Both the position numbers and the translations under genes were made by a program. A stretch of DNA of 64,000 nt from Pristiophorus japonicus (taxonomy: Eukaryota), in the NCBI RefSeq assembly GCF_044704955.1, contig NW_027254464.1, forward strand, positions 1 through 64,000, read 5' to 3'. Every line of letters begins with the position of its first letter. The stretch's first letter is position 1. The notes below the pieces were generated by a model. The model was not told where the DNA came from. It made no database searches and saw nothing but the letters and a program-made list of their open reading frames with translations. Below are positions 38,527-50,305 of the stretch, one piece after another.

Positions 38527-39156
38527 TTGTCCATCTCTCTATATATCAATCCATCTATAGATCGCTGTGTTGCTCCTCCCTGTTTTCCTTTTGTGTATAA
38601 TTTCTGATGTGACTCTCAATGTACTTATAAGATTTTAAGGAATGTTAGTATAATGTCCACTCGACGCCGAGGCCGAGGGTCACATCCAGCAACAGACAGA
38701 GGAGATGAAGGTCTGTCTGATTCAGACTGCATGGCGCAGTGCTTTAAACTCTGTAATTACAGTGAGCCAATGTATTTAGATCAGGTGTCAGTACTCACTG
38801 CGATTTCCATCTCCAGTCCCTGGCTCCTCTCATGCGTCATATTATGACTGACACTGGTCCCAAGTTCCAAGCTGCAGTAGATCAGCTGTCAGTACAAAAA
38901 AAAAGATTTCCATAACTTGATGTTGAAAGTGAACCTTTTCCACATTGACAACACGAAATGCAAACAGAGATGCGTTCCTATTCTAGACATTTTGCCTATG
39001 TACCTAGCCAGCTGTGTTTCGTATAAATAATTACCTTTCAGTCTGCCTAAGAATATGTACATTCTTCTATCGTGTATTGCCTGCAATCCATCCATCCACC
39101 CACCTGTCCGTCCATCCGTCCATCCATCCATCATCTATCTTTAAGATGTTAACATT

Positions 39157-40620
39157 TACATAAGAACATAAGAATTAGGAACAGGAGTAGGCCATCTAGT
39201 CCCTCGAGCCTGCTCCACCATTCAAAAAGATCATGGCTGATCTGGCCGTGGAATCAGCTCCACTTACCCGCCCGCTCCCCATAACCCTTAATTTCCTTAT
39301 TGGTTAAAAATCTATCTATCTGTGATTTGAATACATTCAATGAGCTAGCCTCAACTGCTTCCCTGGGCAGAGAATTCCACAGATTTACAACCCTCTGGGA
39401 GAAGAAATTCCTTCTCAACTCGGTTTTAAATTGGCTCCCCCGTATTTTGAGGCTGTGCCCCCTAGTTCTAGTCTCCCCGACCAGTGGAAACAACATCTCT
39501 GCCTCTATCTTGTCTCTCCCTTTCATTATTTTAAATGTTTCTACAAGATCACCCCTCATCCTTCTGAACTCCAACGAGTAAAGACCCAGTCTACTCAATC
39601 TATCATCATAAGTTAAGCCCCTAATCTCCGGAGTCAGCCTAGCGAATCGTTGCTGTACCCCCTCCAAAGCTAGAATATCCTTCCTTAAGTAAGGTGACCA
39701 AAACTGCACGCAGTACTCCAGGTGCGGCCTCACCAATACCCTGTACAGTTGCAGCAGGACTTCCCTGCTTTTGTACTCCATCCCTCTCGCGATGAAGGCC
39801 AACATTCCATTCGCCTTCCTGATTACCTGCTGCACCTGCAAACTAACTTTTTGGGATTCATGCACAAGGTCCCCCAGGTCCCTCTGCACCGCAGCATGTT
39901 GTAATTTCTCCCCATTCAAATAATATTCCCTTTTATTGTTTTTTTTCCCAAGGTGGATAACCTCACATTTTCTGACATTGTATTCCATCTGCCAAACCTT
40001 AGCCCATTCGCTTAATCTGTCTAACTTTCTTTGCAGCCTCTCTGTGTCCTCTACACAACCCGCTTTCCCACTAATCTTTGTGTCATCTGCAAATTTTGTT
40101 ACATTACACGCTGTCCCCTCTTCCAGGTCATCTATGTATATTGTAAACAGTTGTGGTCCCAGCACCGATCCCTGTGGCATACCACTAACCACCGATTTCC
40201 AACCCGAAAAGGATCCATTTATCCCAACTGTCTGCTTTCTGTTAGCCAACCAATTCTCTATCCATGCTAATACATTTCCTCTGACTCTGCGTACCTTTAT
40301 CTTCTGCAGTAACCTTATGTGTGGCACCTTATCGAATGCCTTTTGGAAATCAATCGGTACACCTCTATCCACCATGCCCGTTATATCCTCAAAGAATTCC
40401 AGTAAATTAGTTAAACATGATTTCCCCTTCATGAATCCATGTTGCGTCTGCTTGATTGCACTATTCCTATCTAGATGTCCCGCTATTTCTTCCTTAATGA
40501 TAGCTTCAAGCATTTTCCCCACTACAGATGTTAAACTAACCGGCCTGTAGTTACCTGCCTTTTGTCTTCTCCCTTTTTTAAACAGCGGTGTTACATTAGC
40601 TGCTTTCCAATCCGATGGTG
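39157..40620 (-). mobile_element. CR1 LINE 3' half, (TTCTTATG)n subfamily
   Basis: 422-aa ORF 39254-40522 with the RT core (small in-frame deletion before DFQKAFD) through to the C-terminus. Confidence 0.95.
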
Positions 40621-40959
40621 TCTCAGTGTGTCTAAAGTTCAGGGCCAGAGCTGAGTCTTACACGGTCGGTTTCATTCCTCGGGCTAATTCACTTATAATA
40701 TCTGGAATAATGTTCTGGCACGGTTGTAAGATGGGATTTCCATATAAAAGTTTCAGCGACTCCGCATCTGGATGTCCATGAGGTGCACCAGTCGAGCAGC
40801 TGGAAATTGGGATTGCTCTCCTTAGATCCGAGAAGGTTAAGGGCGAGTTAATAGAGGTGTTCAAAATTATGAGGAGTTTTAATCGAGTAATTAGTTAGAA
40901 GCCTTTTCGACTGGTAGGAGGTAGAGTAACCACAAGCCAGATATTTAAAATGTATTACT

Positions 40960-43840
40960 GCACTATTTCTGTTTATATTACACTAGACCCTGTCTCTGTT
41001 TTTATTACACTCGACCTGTTTCTGTTTATATTGCACCAGACCCTGTCCCTCTTTATATTACACTAGATCCTGTCTCTGTTTATATTAAACTAGACCCTCT
41101 CTCTATTTATATTACACTAGACACTGTTTCTCTTTATATTACACTAGACCATATGTCTGTTTATATTGATCTAGACCCGGGCTCTGTTTATAATATACTA
41201 GATTCTGTCTCTCTTTGTATTACACTAGACCCTGTCTCTATTTATATTACACTAGAAGCTGTCTCTCTTTGTATTACACTAGACCCTGTCTCTGTTTATA
41301 TTACACTAGGCCCTGTCTCTTTTTATATTACACTAGACGCTGTCTCTCTTTGTATTACACTATACCCTGTCTCTGTTTATAGTTCTTGTCTCTGGTTAGA
41401 TTACACTAGATCCTGTCTCTGTTTATATTATACCAGACACTTTTTCTGTTTATATTACATTTGACCCTGTCTCTGTTATTACTTCACTGGACCATTTATT
41501 TATCGTATTACACTTGGCCCTGTCTGAAATATTATTGCCTTAGACATGGCTCTGTTTATATTCCCCAGACTCTGTCTCAGTTATTATTGCATTGCACTGT
41601 ATCACTATTTATATTAGGCCTTGGGCCTCAGCTAGAACTTAAAAGAAAAAAATGGGCAGCACATTTCAGAAGCGCTGTAAAGGCATTTGAATGGGTACAG
41701 AAGAGCTTTAACAGATTGTTCCCAGGGATTAGGTCCTTCAGGTATGAGGAGAGGCTAAAAAAATTACAAGTGTTCTCCTTGGAACAGTGGCGTTTAAGAA
41801 GGGAACTAATAAAGGTCTTCAAGATGATGAGAGGTTTTGATCGAGTAGGTATAGAAAATAGGTTCCCTCTGGCGATTGAATCACTAAGCAGAGGTCATAG
41901 ATATAACAACTTTGGCAAATTATCTAATGGACTGTCTTAGTGATTACAGCACTCGATCATCTGTTGGCAGCACAGCCAGCCCACACTGCGATATGTGTGC
42001 ACACTAGGTCCGTGCAGCAGAGCAGGTCTCCAGTCGTCTTGGATAGCCCTTGCGACTGGACCAAGACCTAGCTCTGTCAAGCCCATGTGTGGGCTGGTGT
42101 GCAACGACCACCGCACGTTATAGAATTCCACACACAGGCATCTTCCACCCTTCCGGGTGTAGTTCAGGACCTGGAATATTAGGTCCTTCATTGAAACACC
42201 TGAGAACTCATCCTTTTTTGGCGTGGAAGCATGTCATCGTTGTTTCAAGGGACTGCCTATGATGATGATGATGATTATGTTATATTAGACCCTGTATATG
42301 TTTATATTACACTAGGCTCTGTCTCTGTTTATTCTACACTAGACCCTATCTCTGTTCATAGTCCACCAGGCCCTTTTTCTTTTTATACTAAATTGGACCC
42401 TATATATTACACTAGATCCTGTCGCTGTTTATATTATACTGTAACCTGCTTCTTTATTATTCCAATAGTCCCTGTATCTCTTAATATTACACTGGACCCT
42501 GCCTCTGTTTATATTACACTAGACCCTGTCTCTGTTTATATTACACTAGACCATGTCTCTGTTTATATTACACTAGACCCTATCTCTGTTTATATTACCC
42601 TAGACCCTGTCTCTGTTTGATTTACACTGGACCCTGTCTCTGTTTATATTGCGCTAAGCACTGTCTCTGCTTATATTTCACTAGGCCCTGGCTCTGTTTA
42701 CATTACTCTAGACCCTGGCTCAGTTATTACTGCATTGCACCTTAACTTTCTTTATATTAGACTTTAGGTCTCAGCTGGAGTATTATAGACAATTCTGGGC
42801 ACCAAATTTCCATAACGATGTAAGGGCATTAGAAAGGGTACAAATTAGGGTTAACAGGTTGTTACCAGGGATGAGGGACTACAAATATGAGCAAATGTAA
42901 GAAAACTTCTCCTTGGAAAAGAAAAGTTTAAGAAGCGACCCTGTCTCAGTTCAAATTACACAAGTCCCTGTCTCTTTTTATATTACACTATACCCTGTCT
43001 ATGGTTATATTATGCTAGACCCTGTCTATGGTTACATTACACTGGACCCTCTCTCTGTTTATATTAGATTAGATACTGTCTCGATTATTAATCCACTGGC
43101 TCCGAGACAGTCTATAATACACTAGACAGTGCCTCATTTATTACTGCACTAGTCCATGTCTCTTTTCACGTTGCACTGGACTTTGTCTCTGATAATGCTG
43201 CACTAGACCCTGTCTCTGTTTATATTACACTAGACCCTGTTTCTGTTTATATTACACCAGACCCTGTCTCTGTTTATATTATACTACACCCTGTCTCTGT
43301 TTATATTACACCAGACCCTGTCTCTGTCTATATTATACTACACGCTGTCTCTGTTTATATTACACTAGACCCTGTCTCTGTTTATATTGCACTAGACCCT
43401 ATCTCTGTTTATATTACACGAGACCCTGTCTCTGTTTATATTACACTAGACTCTGCCTCTGATTATATTACACTAGGCCCTATCTCTTTTTATATTACAC
43501 TAGACGCTGTCTCTCTTTGTATTACACTATACCCTGTCTCTGTTTATAGTTATTGTCTCTGTTTAGATTACACTAGACCCTGTCTCTGTTTATATTACAT
43601 TAGACCCTGTCTTCTTTTTATATTACACTAGACCCTGTCCCTGTTTATATTACACTAGGACCTGTATCTTTTTATATCACACTAGACGCTGGCTCTCTTT
43701 GTATTACACTATACCCTGTCTCTTTTTATAGTTCTTGTCTCTGTTTATATTACACTAGACCTTGTCTCTGTTTGTATTCCACTAGACACCATCTCTGTTT
43801 ATATTACGCTAGGCCTGGTCTCATTTATTAATGCACTGGA
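40960..43840 (+). repeat. 27-bp minisatellite (ACCCTGTCTCTGTTTATATTACACTAG)n in three blocks separated by old CR1 fragments
   Basis: Blocks about 40960-41610, 42280-42755 and 42940-43840; 9-aa period (LDPVSVYIT) in spurious ORFs; CR1 remnants at about 41610-41940 and 42755-42935. Confidence 0.93.
41960..42276 (+). mobile_element. Non-autonomous RTE-type short element
   Basis: Ends gggactgcctat(gat)n; homologous to 19347-19630. Confidence 0.6.
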
Positions 43841-43869
43841 CTCTCTCTTCATGCAATATGGAATGAGTC

Positions 43870-44140
43870 ATATACTGTCAGAGCTATCGCCTTTCGATTG
43901 AAATTTTAAATTGAGGTCTTATCTGCCCTTACTTGCATGCTATAGATGCCAAAGGATGATTTTGAAGAGCCAGTGAGTTCTTCACGTTGTCCTGGTCTGC
44001 GAATTTACAATATTGCTGGGTCAGGGATCTTGCTGTGCTCTATTTGGCTACGATGGCCACAGTTCTCGAAAATTCATTGTCTGAAAAGCGCTGTTGGAGT
44101 CTGAAGTAGTGATGAGCGCTATATAAATGAAACACTTTCT
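43870..44140 (+). mobile_element. Decayed Deu-domain SINE
   Basis: ctttcgattga...gaggtcttatctgcc...tttgaagagc...gatcttgctgtgc...gcgctatataaatg. Confidence 0.6.
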
Positions 44141-44212
44141 TTCCTTCTTATTGATGGATTGGATTTATTTGGAATTATGATCACCTGATGCATTTCCATG
44201 TGTACGAATATA

Positions 44213-45172
44213 CAACCCCTCGAGCCTGCTCCATCATTCAATAAGATCATGGCTGATCTGATCATGGACTCAGCTCCACTTCTCTGCCCGCTCCCCATAA
44301 CCACTTATCGTTTAAGAAACTGTCTATTTCTGTGTTAAATTTATTCAATATCCCAGCTACCACAGCTCTCCGAGGGAGCGAATTCCATAGATTTGCAACC
44401 CTCTGAGAGAAGAAATTTCTCTTCAGCTCAGTTTTAAATGGGCGGCCTCTTATTCTAAGATCATGCTCTCTAGTTCTAGTCTCCCCCACAAGTGGAAACA
44501 TCTTCTCTGCATCCACCTTGTCAAGCCCCCTCATCATCTTATACATTTCGATAAGATCACCTCTCATTCTTCTGAACTCCAATGAGTAGAGGCCCAACCT
44601 ACTCAATCTTTCCTCATAAGTCAACTCCCTCATCTCCGGAATCAACCTCGTGAGCCTTCTCTGAACTGCCTCCAAAGCAAGTATATCCTTTCGTAAATAT
44701 GGAAACCAAAACTGCACGCAGTATTCCAGGTTTGGCCTCAACAATACCCAAATAGCTGTAGCAAGACTTCCCTGCTTTTATATTCCATCCCCTTTGTAAT
44801 AAAGGCCAATATTCCATTTGCCTTCCTGATCACTTGCTGTACCAGCATACTATTCTTTTCAGTTTCATGCACAAGTATCCCAGGTCCCGCTGTACTACGG
44901 TACTTTGCAATCTTTCTCCATTTAATTAATAACTTGCTCTTTGATTTTTTTCTGCCAAACTGCATGACCTCGCATGGGGTACTCCATTTGCCAAATTGTT
45001 GCCCACTCACTTCGCCTGTCTCTCTCCTTGTGCAGATTTTTTTCTCCTCTTGATAAATTGATTTTCCTCCTATCTTTGTATCATCAGAAATCTTTGCTAT
45101 GTTACACGCAGTCCCTTTTTTCAAGTCGTTAAAATAGATTGTAAATAGTTGGGTCCCTGCGACACCCCACTA
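44213..45172 (-). mobile_element. CR1 LINE 3' fragment
   Basis: ORFs 44738-45124 and 44262-44744. Confidence 0.9.
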
Positions 45173-46295
45173 TAGATATGTGAAGAGAAAAAGAGTAGTG
45201 TAGACAAATGTAGGACCCTTGCAGTCAGAATCAGGTGAATTTTTAATGGGGAACAAAGAAATGGCAGTTGATCAAATACTTTGGTTCTGTCTTCACGAAG
45301 GAAGATACAAATAACCTTCCAGAAATACTAGGGGACAGACGGTATAGGGAGAAGGAGGAACTGAAGGAAATCCTTATTCGTCAGGAAATTGTGTTAGGGA
45401 ATTTGATGGGATTGAAAGCCGATAAATCCCCAGGGCCTGATAGTCTGCATCCCAGAGTACTTAAGGAAGTGGTCCTAGAAATAGTGGATACATTGGTGAT
45501 CATTTTCCAGTAGTCTATAGACGCTGGATCGGTTCCTATGGATGGAAGGTTAGCTATTTAACACCACATTTTAAGAAAGGAGGGAGAGAGAAAACGGGGA
45601 ATTATTGACTGGTTAGCCTGACATCATGCTTGACAAATCTTCTAGAATTTTTTGATGATGTAACTAGTAGAGTGGACAGGGGAGAACTAGTGGATGTGGT
45701 GAATTTGTACTTTCAAAAGGCTTTTGACAAGGTCCCACACAAGAGATTGATGTGCAAAATTAAAGCACATGGCTTTGGAAGGTAATGTATTGTCGTGGTT
45801 CGAGAACTGGTTGGCAGACAGGAAGCAGAGAGTCGGGATAAACAGGTCATTTTCAGAATGGCAGGCGGTGACTAGTGGGGTGCCGCAGGGCTCAGTGCTG
45901 GGACCCCAACTATTTACAATATTCGTCAATGATTTAGGTGAAGGAATTGAGAGTAATATCTCCAAGTTTGCAGATGACACTAAGCTGGGTGGCGGTGTGA
46001 GCTGCGAGGAGGTTGCTAAGAGGCTGCAGGGTGACTTGGATAGGTTAGGTGAGTGGGCAAATGCATGGCAGATGCAGTATAATTTGGATAAATGTGAGGT
46101 TATCCACTTTGGTGGCAAAAACACGAAGGCAGAATATTATCTGAATGGTGGCAGATTAGGAAAAGGGGCGGTACAACGAGTCCTGGGTGCCATGGTACAT
46201 CAGCCATTGAAAGCTGGCATGCAGGTACAGCAGGCGGTGAAGAAGGCAAATGGCATGTTGGCCTTCATAGCTAGGGGATTTGAATATGGTGAGGC
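45172..46295 (+). mobile_element. CR1/HER1-like internal fragment, head-to-head with the preceding copy
   Basis: ORFs 45268-45513 and 45769-46338 ([15 protein letters not shown]). Confidence 0.9.
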
Positions 46296-46794
46296 CTCAC
46301 AGACAGGAAGCCTGTTTATGGTGATAACATCAAACTAACGCTATTTCTCTGTCAGGCAACACAACTTCCTGTTTCTCTGCTGCCGGCTCCAAACCGCACA
46401 ACACGCTTCTGAGTAGAAAATAAACCCAGGGCCGCAATCTGGTGGAAACATTTACAAGGCGGCCTATATATGGCCACAGAGTCGGTGCAGAGCCTCAGAT
46501 TGCGGTGACATTTGCAAATGTGCCTGTTGTTTGTGTTCAGGTTCTCCATTCCCGCCCATGACTGGTGGTGTTTGTAGATCAATCCCTGAGCTCACTCTGC
46601 TCTCTGAAGCCGGGAGATGATAGTTTGCTCCCTATCATTTTATCTGAAGACTTCTTATTTTTACGCAGCGATTTGTTATGATCTGGAATGCACGGTTGTT
46701 ACCACTTCCCCATGTTATTCTTAAACCAGATTCCATTTCCGTGCTGCAACATTACACACCCCTCCTGGTTAGTGTTACACCAAACACGCATCCA

Positions 46795-47437
46795 TTACAT
46801 AGGAACATAAGAACAGGAGGAAGCTGTTTAGCCCCTCGAGCCTCTTCTGCCTTTCAATGGGATCATGGCTGATCTATATCCCTCCACCCTCCTTGTCTCC
46901 ATATACCTTGATTCCTTGGTAGCACGAATCTGTCCATCTAAGATTTAAAATAATTGATTGAGCAAGCATGTACAGCGTTTTGTGAGAGAGTTACACACTT
47001 CTACTACGCTTGGCTTGATACCGTGCTTCAGAACTTCTTGCCTCAATGAACGAGCTCTGATTTTAAGGCTCGGCACCCATGTTCTCAACTCCCCCACCAA
47101 CTGAAAAGGTTTCTCTCTATCTGCCCTATATCTATCCTTTTGAAATCCTAACAATCTCAATCAAATCTCCTTCTACCTTTCAGAGAATTGTACAGGGCCT
47201 TGCGGAGACCAGAGCTGGAGTACTGTGCACGGTCTTGTTCTCCTCATGTAAAGAAGGATATACTTGCCTTCGAGGCGATGCAAAGGAGGTTTACGAGATT
47301 AATTAATGGCAGGAGAGGGCTGTCTTATGATGAGAGATTGTGTAGAAGGGGCCTATACTCTCTGGAGCTTAGAAGAATCAAAGGTGGTCTACTGGAAACA
47401 TACAAGATTCTGACGGGGATTGACAGGGCAGATGCTG
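46795..47437. mobile_element. Two old CR1 3' fragments in opposite orientations (about 46795-47185 minus, 47185-47437 plus)
   Basis: cataagaacaggag tail; YRALRRPELEYC...RRFTRLI. Confidence 0.7.
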
Positions 47438-50305
47438 ATAGAAACATAGAAGCATAGAAACTAGGTGCAGGAGTAGGCCATTCGGCCCTTCGAGCTTGCA
47501 CCGCCATTCAATAAGATAATGGCTGATCATTCCCTCAGTACCCCTTTCCTGCTTTCTTTACATACCCCTTGCTCCCCTTCAGCCATAAGGGCGATATCTA
47601 ACTCCATCTTGAATATATCCAGTGACTGGCATCAACAACTCTCTGCGGCAGGGAATTCCATAGATTAACAACTCTCTGAGTGAAGAAGTTTCTTCTCATC
47701 TCAGTCCTAAATGGCCTACCCCTTATCCTAAGACTATGTTCCCTGGCTCTGGACTTCCCCAACATCGGGAACATTCTTTCCGCATCTAAATGTAATATCT
47801 CCAAATTTGCGGATGACACTAAGTTGGGTAGCAGTGTGAGCTGCGAGGAGGATGTTATGAGGCTGCAGAGTGACTTAGGGGAGTGGGCAAATGCATGGCA
47901 GATGAAGTATAATGTGGATAAATGTGAGGTTATCCACTTTGGTGGTAAAAGCAGAGAGACAGACTATTATCTGAATGGTGACAGATTAGGAAAAGGGGAG
48001 GTGTAACGAGACATGGGTGTCATGGTACTTCAGTCATTGAAGGTTGGCATGTAGGTACAGCAGGCGGTTAAGAAAGCAAATGGCATGTTCGCCTTCATAG
48101 CGAGGGGATTTGAGTACAGGGGCAGGGATGTGTTACGACAGTTGTACAGGGCCTTGGTGAGGCCACACCTGGAGTATTGTGTACAGTTTTGGTCACCTAA
48201 CCTGAGGAAGGACAGTTCAGCCATCCCCGGAATCAATCTGGTGACCTTCGCTGCACTCGCTCAATAGCAAGAATGTCCTTCCTCAGATTAGGAGACCAAA
48301 ACTCAACACAATATTCCAGGTGAGGCCTCACTAAGGCCCTGTACAGACTGCAGTAAGACCTCCCTGCTCCTATACTCAAATCCCCTAGCTATGAAGGCCA
48401 CCATGCCATTTGTCTTCTTCACCGCCTGTTGTACCTGCATGCTCACTTTCAGTGACTGATGAACCATGACACCCAGGGTTCGTTGCACCTCCCCTTTTCC
48501 TAATCTATCAAAATTCAGATAATATACTGCCTTCGTGTTTTTGCCCCCAAATGGATAACCTCACATTTATCCATATTATACTGCATCAATCATGCAGTTG
48601 CGCACTCACCTAACCTGTCCAAGTCATACTGCAGCCTCTCAGCGTCCTCCTCACAGCTTACACCGCCACCAAGTTTAGTGTCATCCGCAAACTTGGAGAT
48701 ATTACACTCAATTCCTTCATCTAAATCGTTAATGTATATTGTAAAGAGCTGGGGTCCCAGCACTGAGCCCTGCGGCACTCCACTGGTCACTGCCGCCTGC
48801 CATTCTGAAAATGACCCGTGTATCCCGACTCTCTGCTCCCTGTCTACCAACCAATTCTCTATCCACATCAGTACATTAGCCCCAATACCATCCGCTTTGA
48901 TTTTACACACCAATCTCTCGTGCGGGATCTTGTCAAAAGCCTTTTGAAAGTCCAAATACACCACATCCACTGGTTCTCCCTTGTCCACTCTGCTAGTTAC
49001 ATCCTCAAAAAATTCCAGAAGATTCGTCAAGCATGATTTCCCTTTCATAAATTCATGCTGACTTGGTCCGATCCTGTCACTGCTTTCCAAATGCGTTGCT
49101 ATTTCATCCTTAATAATTAGTTCTAACATTTTCCCCACGTCTGATGCCAGGCTAACTGGTCTATAATTATCCATTTTCTCTCTGCCTCCTTTCTTAAAAA
49201 GTAGTGTTACATTAGCTACCATCCAGTCCATAGGAACTGATCCAGAGTCGATAGACCTTTGTAAAATGATCACTAATGCATCCACTATTTCTTGGGCCAC
49301 TTCGTTAAGTACTCTGGAATGCAGACTATCAGGCCTCGGGGATTTATCGGCCTTCAATCCCATCAATTTCCCGAACACAATTTCCTGCCTAATAAGGATA
49401 TCCTTCAGTTCCTCCTTCTCATTAGACCCACTGTCCCCTAGTACATTCGGAAGGTTATTTGTGTCTTCCTTCGGGAAGACAGACCGAAGTATTGGTTCAA
49501 TTGGTCTGCAATTTCTTTGTTCCCCATTATAAATTCACCTGAATCCGACTGCAAGGGACCTACGTTTGTCTTCACTAATCTTTTTCTCTTCACATATTAT
49601 AGAAGCTTTTATGTTCGTTTTATGTTCCCTGCAAGCTTCCTCTTGTACTCTATATTTCCCCTCTTAATAAAACCCTTAGTCCTCCTCTGTTGAATTCTAA
49701 ATTTCTCCCAGTCCTCATGTTTGTTGCTTTTTCTAGCCAATTTGTATGCCTCTTCCTTGGCTTTAACACTATCCTTAATTTCTCTCATGGTTGAGCAACC
49801 TTCCCCGTTTTATTTTTACTCCAGACAGGGATGTACAATTGTTGAAGTCCATCCATGTGATCGTTAAATGTTTGCCATTGCTTATCCACCGTCAACCCTT
49901 TAAGTATCCTTTGCCAGTCTATTTTAGCCAATTCACGCCTCATACCATCGGAGTTACCTTTCCTTAAGTTCAGGACCCTAGTTTTTCGAATTAACTGTGT
50001 CACTCTCCATCTTATTAAAGAATTCTACCATATTATGGTCACTCTTCCCCAAGGGACCTCGCACAACAAGATTGCTAATTAGTCCCTTCTCATTACACAT
50101 CACCCAGTCTAGGATTGCCTGATCTCTAGTTGGTTCCTCGACATATTGGTCTCGAAAACCATCCCTAATACACTCCAGGAAATCCTCTTCCACCGCATTG
50201 CTACCAATTTGGTTTACCCAATCAATATGTAGATTAAAGTCGCCAATGATAACTGCTGTACCTTTATTGCACACATCCCTTATTTCTTGTTTGATGCTGT
50301 TCCCA
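47437..50305 (-). mobile_element. CR1/HER1-like LINE containing an inverted CR1 segment at about 47788-48213
   Basis: Minus ORFs 49978-50466, 48590-49378 and 47598-47819; plus-strand KFADD...[16 protein letters not shown] insert. Confidence 0.9.

Noticed and set aside
41153-43125. ORFs with LDPVSVYIT repeats
   Set aside because: In-frame translation of the 27-bp minisatellite.
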